A stretch of 64,000 nucleotides of DNA from Balanoglossus misakiensis (Eukaryota > Animalia > Hemichordata). Positions within the stretch are counted from its first letter, which is position 1. Each line of letters starts with the position of its first letter. The DNA lies in the NCBI GenBank assembly GCA_040954595.2, contig CM082592.2, forward strand, positions 6,745,677-6,809,676. The letters are read 5' to 3'. The notes under the pieces are model-generated. The model saw only the letters and a program-made list of their open reading frames with translations, was not told the origin of the DNA and searched no databases. A program made the translations under genes and the position numbers. Shown in pieces: positions 1-12,000 of this stretch.

Positions 1-77
1 GTGTTCATTACATGCAGGGGATATCTCTTTTTAAAATTAAAACCTTTTAAAATTATTATATTATTAAAACTTATTAC

Positions 78-3000
78 CTCAGTATAAGCGGCTGCGGTGA
101 CGATCCTGGGTTGATAAATCATGCTATCCAACACGCAAATGATGACAACCAGTAATAACTCACCCTGTGCAACTCTGCAGCAAAGAAGATTTGAAAATGT
201 CAATTCTGACAAGGACTGTACAGATTACTTTGCCTAGCAAGATCAAGCCCCAACAAACCATACTGAACCAACAGTCACTGACATTACCGTGCTCTCATAT
301 CCAAACGCACCCCCATTTCCCTGTCCACAGGTCCAACTTCACCATAGAAAACAATAGGATTAGTCCAAACCATTGTGGTGAAAGGGTATAAACTCTCCAA
401 TTGAACACTGCCCCTTCCCTACTCACCTGCCTAACTGTCCGATGGTCAGCACGACCGTCTCCTGCAACCTCACGCTTCCCTGCGCCTTGGCAGAGACAAA
501 CGCACTCTTCAGTCTTGTCACGAGAGCCATGACCGCTTTGTTAGTGGTGCTCCCGTCAGAACTGCTAATCATCAGTGGAACAACTTTGCTGTAAAAAAGC
601 AAAAAAATTAAGGTAGTACAAGTCTTAAACTTTTCTCATATTCTGCTCATAGCAACTTAAGAATATTCTCATTTAAAGTTGATAATAAAAATTTGGGGTC
701 ACCATGCAAAACTCAAATTTTGAAATAGCAAGGAAATTTGATTGTTGACGCAGACCACACAAAAACCTCCCTACCTAAATGCTAGTCTGACTTGGTAACT
801 GGGATCCACACAGAGTTCAAGGCACGTATTGACGATGGTCATGATGGCAGAGTTGTTGGAGGACAGACCAAGGTATGGAAACACAGAGTGGAGACTCTTG
901 ATGAAGGCTGCAAATCAAATTCACAAAGAAACAACATTTTAAACTTAAAGGCCTATGTGTGTTGACGTGGGCATTTATAACAATACACATTTAGCATGGA
1001 GCTGTTTATTAGGAAACAAAATGATAGCAAAATGACAGCTGTGCCCCTTTAATAATCCAGTTGCAGCTTAAAACAGAGAATGCCTTGGCAACACAGTCAC
1101 TGCCATGGTGGTGGATGAGATAACAGCGCTGACAACTGACTTCTCTCCTTACCAAGTTTGATGGCGACACTGTCCTTGGAAATCAGCTTCAAGAATGGCA
1201 CCAGGAGGAGAGGTTCGGGTATAGTGTGTTGGCTCCGTGCGTCATCTCCGCTACTGGGTGGCTGCGTGGCTTTGATATTCATATTCCGGTGCAGAGGGAC
1301 ATTCAGATTTGGCGGGTCCGTGCTGAAACAAATATCCCAGAAGTTAAGTTTGTGAAGTGGTACGTTGGATATAAGAATTGTACATGAATTGTTTCTTGTT
1401 GAGAAAGACAAAAAAATGCTGGCACTCTCATCACCCCAAAAAGAATGGAACCTTCCAATGAGATCCTACAAGAACATGTGGATGGGTCATACCATAGAGA
1501 ACCAAGGGTACAGAGCTTGGAGTTTTGTGTCACCTTACCTGACCAGACAGGCAGTCTTGGAAAGTACAGCACCCAGAGAACCAACGACCTTGGCAGTTTC
1601 TTCCAGTATGTCCAAATTTGCATCTTTGAGAATATCGCTGTGGATGAAAATGTGATGAGATTTATAATCAAGCCATCAATAAGAAGGGTGGACATTCTTG
1701 TTTTCAAACAGCGGCTAATCAACAAAATATCAGCTTGAAAGGTTGAAGACAACTTCTGGCCAATCAGCATACATTTTACAATTAATGCAAAGCAACAACC
1801 TATCAGTATGTTGCATTTAGTCAGGGTCATTTCCTGCCAACCAGGACACAAGACTTGATCAATCCTAGCAGAGTTCAAGTTCACTTACTGTAAAGAGTCG
1901 TGCACCAGGTGTTGAGAATTGGGTCCCAGCATCAACAGAAGTACAGGAAATCCACGGACTGCAGCAACTCTTATGTCATCCTGACTACTTCCCTAATAAT
2001 GATGAAAATATAGTGTCATGCAAAACGTTGAAACACATTCTAACTCAAAGCAGTGTTAGTTGAACTGTTGGAAAAGGAATTTAGGTGGTCTACAGTGTAA
2101 TTCAAACTTCTCCAACAACACCATCAGATTTGTCCCTGTATCGTGCAATGCACACACAGCAAATTACGTGAGTGAGATATTTTACAAAATGGGAATGCCA
2201 TATTAATAACTCACCACGGCTGCCTGTATGACATGAATTCTCCATTTTGATGCAATTTCTTTTGGAAGAAAACAGATCAGGTAGACTGCCACAGACTGAG
2301 CAGCTGGGCCTGTTCACAAATCAAAAACAAAGACAATCATACGTATAGTATCCTATCGTATCATAACATATCTATACATCATATCACAAATCACAGGGGA
2401 AACAAAAACACCCAATACATACTGATCTTATCTGCCAAACTTGAACTCAGTTCTGCCACATCCTGGCGTGACATGTGATGTGGCTGCAAATCCATCCACT
2501 TGGCTTCCATCTGGATAAAAATAATTGTACATGCAGATGTCAGAGAAAAAAATTGTTGACGTGAAAAAGCACGTGATAGAAAGTTATTTTTTAAAGAACA
2601 TGTGATCGCTTGTAGCTACTGTCATCCATTCTGATTCATAATCAACAAGCTCTTGAAATTCTAAATGGAATGGTGCTGACCTGTAACCATGGCAATGACA
2701 GCATCCATGTTACTGTGTGTAAGACATCAGCTGGTAGCCTGACAGTACCTGTGAAGTGCCAACAAAAATGGACAAGATGCTCTTTAATGCATGTGAAAAT
2801 TGGTCGATTGAAACTGACGATTGAAATCATCAATTTCAAAACAGACAATGTGTTTAAAATCCTGCCAAGTGTTTTGCACTCTCTGGACGGAGTTTATTTT
2901 TAAGCTAGTTTCTACTCATAAATAGGGTTTATGATTCTGTTTGTGTCAGTAAAGTTCGAACATTTGCACTGCAAGGAACCAGGGAGGGAGTAAAGTCATA

Positions 3001-6000
3001 ACAAGAACCAGAGTCTGATTTGCATCGCAGGGTATCAGGAGCGTCACCCCCTGGACATTTCCTACCCACCACAGTTCGCAATAGGGTTGATGGAAATGTC
3101 CAGGGGGTGACTGTCCTATACCCATCAGGGATGGTCTTCAAATTTTTTACCTTGCCTTTTTGACCTGTTTTAGTCTGTGTGGTTGCGCAGTCATTGCCAC
3201 AGACAAATTATTGATTTTCTGTTTACTCCCAACTGACAAGTCGATCATTGATTTTTCACTAAACGAGAGAAACGACGACCTCGTCGATTGTCACATCTTC
3301 CGCTGCCAGACTACAAACTGGCATTAAACAATGGTTGACAACAAAAATCCGGTTGGAACTGGTTTGAGTTTGAACAACATAACATTTTTACAGGTGCGTG
3401 TTTTATTCCGTAAAACTGCAAAATCATTTTATCTGCATCCCATTAAAAGTTAAGGTCATGTTGGTGTTCATAGCTGTTAACAGAACTTTTTGGAAGAAAA
3501 AAAATCAAAAATAAAGTTTAAATTATGCCCAAACAGGTGAAAATATGAATGTACTACCATCTTCCGCAGCAAAGTACAATCCTTGAATGGGAAACAAATC
3601 GGCACAATAGTAGTGGTGGCAACGAACAACAGACAAACAATCTCATTAATTACAGATTATGAGATGCTTTATGGATGATACAAAATTAGACAAACTTTAC
3701 AAAAGTTCAAGTTCAGGTCCCACTGACTTCTTCACAACACTTTTTATTAGACTCGTTACGACTTTCTTAATTGGAGTTCAATGTTAAAATGGATCTATAT
3801 AAACCACCAGTTGTCAACATGGACAGATCAGAATACAGCAAACAGCTTAGACAAGCAGGACTTCCACGAAAACTACTTGGATTTATACTAAAACCCCTGG
3901 GACTACCAGACTCTACAGCAAAACCACCAGATCTATTTGAATTGAGAAGAAAACCACTTGGAATACTTATGTTGATGACAAAACCAACAGAACCCCGGGA
4001 AGCGACAGAAAAAGCAGGACTCGGGCGCGCAAAGAAAACCACCGGAATAAAGACAAAACCACTAGAGATAATCAGGCGCACAAGAGGCCACCGCTGCAAT
4101 CATTAGAATCACCAGTAATCATGGCTGACAAGAAAATTCAAAGACGGGGTCTGTGGAAGAGAAGATCATCAAAATTGCTGCAGATCCTGAAAACCATCAC
4201 CAAAACAGTAAGTCTTTATTAAAGTTAATCAAATATTTTAAAATCAAAATCTTGTAATATGCATTTTTCTTTTCCAATTTGTACATTTTGAGTAGTCTAC
4301 AACTTTAAAAAAAAATAACGAAGAATGTTCAACGTTTCTTTCTGTTTGCACAGAACATTGAAGAGTTACGCGACACTGCCTTTCGTAACGGCACTTTGTA
4401 CGAAGACAATGACTTCCCGGCTGACGCAAGCTCTTTGTTCTACAGCGAAGAATCTGCTGACGGAATAGAATGGAAAAGACCATCGGTACGTTACAATAGA
4501 GAAGTGGTTTTTAATGAGGCACATGAACTTTTAAAATCGATGAAATCCCCCTAACAATGAAAAATAAACTTAAATCTCAGTACGTCATTAGCTTCCATAG
4601 TGCAAAAATATGCCTTGAATACATGTTTGCGATTTGAACTTCCCAAGCCAACAAATGTCTCCTGAATTATTTTCACAGGAATTCACAGACAATCCAAAAT
4701 TCTTAGTTCATGGCATCAACCGTGACGACGTCGTCCAGGGAAAGCTGGGAGATTGTTGGTTTCTCTCCTCCTGTGCAGCCATTGCCCAAAATAAAAGATT
4801 CATGGAACAGGTACGGATTTCACATTTTAAAAGAAAATATAGCAGGACCATAGAAGCAGAGAAATTGATGCGTGTGTATTAATTATGACTGCAGAGGCAC
4901 TGGATGATAAAAATAGTAGGTTTGGATCATGTACAACACACAGTTGTGATTTAGGGATACTGGACAAATTTGCTACCCCCTGACACCAATGTCTTGGTGA
5001 GGGTCCACTGGACACATCTTTCCCCACTGAATAAACATCCTATCTTTTTTTCCCTCAGATCATTCCCAAGAAACAACACCTCTGGCAAGACAAACACTAC
5101 ACAGGGCTGTTCCACTTTCGCTTCTGGCACTTCGGCAAATGGGTCGACGTGGTGGTCGACGACCGACTGCCCACCCGCAACGATCAGCTGTTGTTTGCGC
5201 GATCCAACAATGTGAACGAATTCTGGGTGGCTCTGCTTGAGAAAGCTTATGCCAAGTAAGTACTGTGTAACTGGTTTGTAAGTTTTTCATCTTACCTTCA
5301 CGCTATTCAGTGGTGCAAAAAGACAGAATTTTAGTACAACTCACAATTTCACAAATGTTAGTCAAAAAGTACAATTATTTCTAAATGTTCTAATTTTATA
5401 GACTGCATGGTTCATACGAAGGTCTTGCGGGAGGGCAGGCCTCTGATGCCTTGGTTGACATGACCGGAGGGCTGACTGAGAGATACGACCTGAAAGACCC
5501 ACCACCCGAACTCTATCAACAGCTCGTCAGAAACCAAAAATATGGATCATTCATTACATGCTGCAAAAAGGTACACTACACATGTAATTATTGCTATTGT
5601 TGTTTTGAGAAAGATTTCTCACTTCGAATGTTCAGTAAATGTTTGGTTCCTGGCAACTATGGAATGACACACAGAGAATAAATGATGAAAGCTTGTTAGA
5701 TTGGATACAAATGCATAGTATTTCTACAGTATTTCAACAGAACTGTTTTCACTTATTCGCGAATACAACTTTTTGTACTCCAGGGAGATTGGAGATCGTC
5801 TGACAGTGCCAATGAGTACGGCCTGGTGTCCGGACATGCCTACACAGTCACCGCCGTGGAGAGATGCAAATTGAAGGACGGAAGCGTCGCCAACCTGGTG
5901 AGGGTCCGGAATCCATGGGGAAATGCTACGGAATGGAACGGAGACTGGAGCGATAGGTAAATAATTAAGTCATCCTTTGAAACCTGTCTTCACTTCACTT

Positions 6001-9000
6001 TCTGATAACTTACAACTATCACAATGATGATTTCTTCAGCATCTGATCCTAGTCAGAATGGCACGTTCCATTCTGGCAGAAGCCTATTTGAACAGTTTGA
6101 TTCATGGTCATTTCGCTTATTACTTCCAGTTCCAGTACTTGGGATCGTGTTTCCAACAAAGTCAAGAAGTCGTTGGAATGGAGGGACCAAGAAGATGGCG
6201 AATTTTGGTGAGTGTTAATTGTCATCTGCTGGATATTTTTATGCATTGCAAACTCATTATGTGCATTGACTTCAACATATTTGTTTTCAAAACATGTCAG
6301 TCAGAGATTCTAAACTACAAACTGGCCTGGCTACAAACTAGCCTATACAACTTTCCAAACATAAAATTAATTGACGTAATTTTCTTTTCGCCTTGCTAGG
6401 ATTTCCTATGAAGACTTCTGCAAGCATTTCAGTGAAGTCACTGTCTGCACAGTCGGTCCTGATTTCGACGGCGACGGGATCGCAGACACGGTGGATGGAC
6501 GGAGCGGTTACTACTTGGAGATGATGAGAGGCAGCTGGGTTACGGGACTGAGCGCGGGAGGATCGCGGAACAACATCCAGTCGTACGCGACAAACCCCCA
6601 GTTTTCGTTCACCCTGACAGAACCAGGTAAATATGGAAACAATCTATCATTATCTGAGATTCACACTCCTATATGAGTTACATTTCTTTACCCATCAAAA
6701 TTGAAAATGAATTAAGATTATAAGTATATGTAAAACCAACAGAGACTATGCAACTGAATAATAAAATAAAATTGAGATTAAAATAACGCTTTTTGAAATT
6801 TTTTTAAAATTTTAAAGATGACTGGGATTCCGAGACTGATGACATAGAAGCGAAGGGAAAATGTTCAGTTGTGATTGCCGTGATGCAGGAATACAGAAAG
6901 AGAAAGCAATATCTGACCACCAAATACCACCAGATTGGCTTTACCATTTACAAGGTAAGTTTCACACTCTGGGAAAGATATTTGCCTGTAGTTCAAGTCT
7001 TGGTTAAAATCCTATGATACAAATTGATCTCCATGTATCACTTACTAACTGAAATAAGTCTGACAGTTGACAGATCTTGCGAATTTCATGTGGTACTTTT
7101 TCAATATCATTTGTTATCTTCCTAACGCAGACTGATGACCCCAGCAGACGTCTCCCTGTGAAGCATTTCATGTACAACTATCCCGTCGGAAAGTCTGGCG
7201 TTTACATCAACTACCGCGAGGTAAACCAGCGATTTTCCCTGGACCCTGGAAGCTACGTGCTCATTCCGTCCACATTCGAGTCCGGCTGCGAGGGCTCGTT
7301 TCTCATCAGGATATTTGCGGAGAAACCCTTTGAATGCCAGTAAGTATCTTTTGATTTTATACAAGCATAGTTTTCCCCAACGGAATCACTGATTCTTGAT
7401 CAAATGTGCAAGTTCCTTTTCTCTATTAGACATGTGAATGAGACACTGAACTTTGAGTTCTCTCCCAGAGCATTTTGAAGACACTACTATGAATCACGAA
7501 TTAAACAAGTATTTCTTTCTGATTCCGTTTCAGCAATCTTCCTGATACGATCCAAAAAGCATTCCGATAATGGACATCAAGTTTTGACCGAGGAGGAACG
7601 TCAAAAGAAGTTACTCAATGAAGAAAACCAATATGGAAGCAGAAGAACAACTTAACAACCATTTTCAATCATGCAAGCAATTCTACAGTTCTACGAAGGA
7701 CTTCATTTGATCAGACCACTCTCATATGAAAAGACGTGGATGTGATTAATCAAATATTTACTTATATATTTACTTATATGGATACAAGAGATTTATTACT
7801 GACAGAATTACTTAACAAAGTCGGACCTGCCATTTTTTTATAAATTCATGACAAGGCATTTTTGCGAGATTGTGCTTTTCAAGGCTTACATGCGAGGTGT
7901 AATCAACACAAAAAAATTATATTTTAAAAGTTTTATTGAATCAAATTGTTTTAGATCATATTATTTCAATCAAATCATGTTTTTATATCATGTAAATTAA
8001 GTTGCCTGAGTACAAATATGATGAAGTATAATTTTTAATAATTATTATTATTTATTATTTATTTCTTCAGTGATTATATGATAGTTTCACTGACACAAAC
8101 GTTAGCTTTATTCTGAAGAAAACATTTACATTTTCATATTTATTTCATCAAACCAATGTAACTGAATGATTTTAAGTTTTCAAGCTGCCATTTCAATTAT
8201 TGCAATATATATTTCCATCACAAAATATGACATGGTAATACAACAAAACATTGTAATTAAGTATTTATTTATACATGTGCATTTATTTATTCTTATTTAT
8301 ATATTTCTATTACATGCATTATTATTATTTATTGCTACATGTACTACATGTATTATTATTATTATTATTATGACAGTTAAATGTATCACTTCAAAGTTTA
8401 CATTCATTTGATAATTCTCAGTTTGTAAATATTGATTCAGCTGTACCACAATCATATTAATAAAAATAAAAAATGAATAAATTTAAAACTGATCGTGACT
8501 TTTACCTTTCATCATCAGCAGAGCACCGATCCCTTGCACAATTTTTCCGTACACCTCGCTGACGTCCTCTGCAGATGCGAGACCCGGCAGGGACTGCAGC
8601 ACCCGGACCCACACTTTGCACACGTCCCTCGACTGTTGGCTGGTGAGCCACGGCAGGCACTTGTCCCGGTGCAGCCTGCCCCTGGTGAAGACGATGACCG
8701 GCTTGGCGAAGGCGGCCATCTTGGACAAGATTTCCTCGGTGATGACGTTGTTGCACTGCGTCAGGATCTCGAGGACGGCCCGGATGCCTTCAAGTTCAAG
8801 TGTCATCTGAAACTATGGTGGGAGGCAAGGATATAATGATGTTATGACATAGGAGTTAGGTCGTTCTTGTACTAAGCCATTCATAAATAAATGCGTGACA
8901 AGACAAAAGCTATTTTCCCACAGTGTTTCTGTCAAGGGTTCAGAGGGTCATGGGGGCACCATTCCCAGGATTTCAATTATATTTATGGTCCACTATGGTG

Positions 9001-12000
9001 TACTAACCTTTGTACACGTCTCCCCATCACCTTGATGCTGTGTCAGCAAACCTAATTCATGCATCAGAGCAGAGTACGTGGATGATTTCTCACTAAGATG
9101 AGTCGCAGCCACGCCTTCGTCCTCTGTCCCACTTGTGCTGGAACTTTCACTGAGTTGAGGGAGGAGAAAAACAGAAAATGTCAATCAGAGAATTGTTACG
9201 TTTGTCTAACCTGTTTCTCTGAGTGATCCAGTCAGTGGTTTAGACAAGCGCCAGTACTCAGCAAAAACAACTGTTCTTGCTTTTTCTTACCGACCTTTCT
9301 AATTACACATGTACCTAGAAACATCTCAAAACAGTCCACAAGTTTGCTGGATGTTTTGTGTAACACATATTATCACAGGTTAGCATTTTCTCACCTTGTA
9401 GTTGCTTGGAGCTGTAATTTCCTGGGCGTCTTGTGCAGCGACAGTTTCTTCCTCTTTTCCGGGACCTCCTCCACACTGCCGCTCTTCAGGATGAGCGTAC
9501 TGCCGGATGCCGAGGTTGCGTCTGTCTTCTCAACTCTTTGTTCCATGTCCGAGGGGTGCGTGGAGACTGCAGCCACTGGTGCGCTCTTGGTGGTGGTGTC
9601 GATGAGCTTACGGATTTGCAGCTCGTTCTGAATCGACTGGTAGAATACACCCACCAAATACTACAGTGTGGAAAAGAGAAAAAACAAATGTCACACTCCC
9701 TGGAATCAAGCTCTGTCTACAGTCCCAAAATAAGTTTAAAACAAAATTTTCTTTCTTCTCCTTACAGAAAAATGCAACAATGTTAGTAAAATACATTGCA
9801 GACATGAGATAAGGGTTAGAGGTTGAAGTTGATGCAAAGCCACGTTCAGAGATAGACTATGGCTGTAAATTTTGCTTGAAATGACTCATGTTTAGTGAGT
9901 TCTGAATCTTCACAGTGTACGTTTTGTTCAATTCTGTGAACGTAACTCCAAGTTGATGGGTATTGTGTCTGTTTTCAAGCGCAGTATGTAACTATCACTG
10001 GTCACTTTTATTGATACGTTCTGTGTCCTCATAGAATTTGTCCAGAGACCATTCTCACCTGCACGTCGCCATCTTTGCCAATCTGGTCGAGCAACGCAGC
10101 CTGGATACGATGCATCATCTCCTGCCTGGTGGCGCTGTCCCCCTCGTAACCAACAGGGATGTGACTTTGGATGTACCGGATGATGCGACACACAGACGTC
10201 TTCAGTTCAACTACAGAAATGAGAGAAGCCCATCTTTAGTAGTGCAACTAGACTCCTCTCTTGCAACACAATACAGCTGCAGAAATGCATTATTTTGAGA
10301 TAGGAGCCGAGGATTTTTTTTTAACCCATTACCTGTCTGTATGTTGGTTAATCCATGGACGGTTAACCCTTCATGTATTGCGTGCAGTATTCTTCCAATG
10401 TAGGCAGCTGACAGACAATGCCTTGGTTTCCCATCTCTTGTTTCTTGGAAGACTGCATTTAATGATTTCGAAAGGGCTATTTCTAGGGACTCTGCATCAC
10501 TGAGAAGAGACGAGAAACACTGATTGGTGACACTGTACCTGACAAAATCATGAAAATTCAACAGCCGCTAAAATTGACACGCAGGTTCCTAGATCAACAT
10601 TTTCAGGCCTAAATGGCCTTTGAGGAAATGCCCATGCTTTAATAGTTCAGATGCCTTACCTCTGAAAAGCCTCAAACTTCGAGAACAGCATGGACAAGAA
10701 CGACGTCAGTAACTCCAGGAGGTAATCTGCAATCTGCTCAGAGGGTATCCCGCATGACAACCACAGCTTAGCCAGGGCTTCCAATGAGAGCTGAATGCAA
10801 AATGAAAATTGAACTTTTACAGAGGACAAACGTTACGAGATGTCATACCCCTAGATGAATACACTCCCATAGGAATGCCTTTGCAATTGTATACTGTCTT
10901 GTGTTATGGAAATGCAACAAAAAGATATCCTGCAGAAATCAACCTGGAACTGTGTTTGTATAATGTACCATACATCGTCATGACAACAGTTTCCCTTTTA
11001 TCCATATACCGGTATATACTTTCTTTTGAGACAATTCTTACTATTACTGTGTGATTTCTTCTCTCACCTGTTTGACTTGATTTTGTCCATCTTCAAGCTG
11101 ACAAGCCAGTGTTAACCACAACATCAACAGTTTGTCCGCAGCACACATGATGATCTCTGGCATCATTTCATTCACGATGGTGCTGGCAAAAAAAATGGCA
11201 TGTTATCATCCTCAGTTTTCAGTGACATGCACATTTTTACAAACAACACCAAACATACTGACAGAAAAGACACACAAAAATCAACAGGACTACCTTGTGG
11301 CAACTTGTAACAGATACATCTGACAATAGAATTGCACTTCAATAGGCTCCAGGACCATGTCTTTCTGGAAATCTTCAACTTCCTGTGGGTGGTAAGAAAA
11401 AGAATGTGTCTTTTCAAATCTCTGCATCAAGTAAACGATAAAATGTTATTGTTTCGTGACAAGACCATCACCTGTCAACATATTCAATGATGCTGAAACT
11501 AATGTTGGGTGATGACACTGGCATCAGATTCTCACACTTGCACTTACACCATTCTGATGATGGCAACCTTTCTTTTGAGCCGAGTGCTGCGCGATGACTG
11601 ACTTCCTTACCTTGATATCACACGATTTCTCCGACAGGTTGAAATACTGCAGCGTAATAGGATTTCCGATGGATTCCACAGCTCCACTATTGAACACAGA
11701 TGCACTTAAACGGGAAAGTTCTGAAACCCAAACACACATTTTTCATTATAATATGCTTGGTGTGAATCCAGCTCGCTGATTGGCTGGAGCCGGGGTTTAT
11801 ATTCTCGACAAGAAGACCTAGTACCTGGACCCTGAACAGTGAATAGTTTTAAAAAAGTAACCGAAATGATGTCACAAGACCTTGACCTCAAATTCCATGC
11901 AGCGGATTATAAAATATAACCCTTCTCACCTGCCATGAGGTTGATGATTTCCGAGATGAACTCATGGAACATGGGCAGATCTTTGCTCTTCACGAGTTGC

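Noticed and set aside
6024-6046. C/D box snoRNA (ATGATGA...CTGA) in a calpain intron
   Set aside because: The boxes are only about 12 nt apart, too short for a snoRNA.
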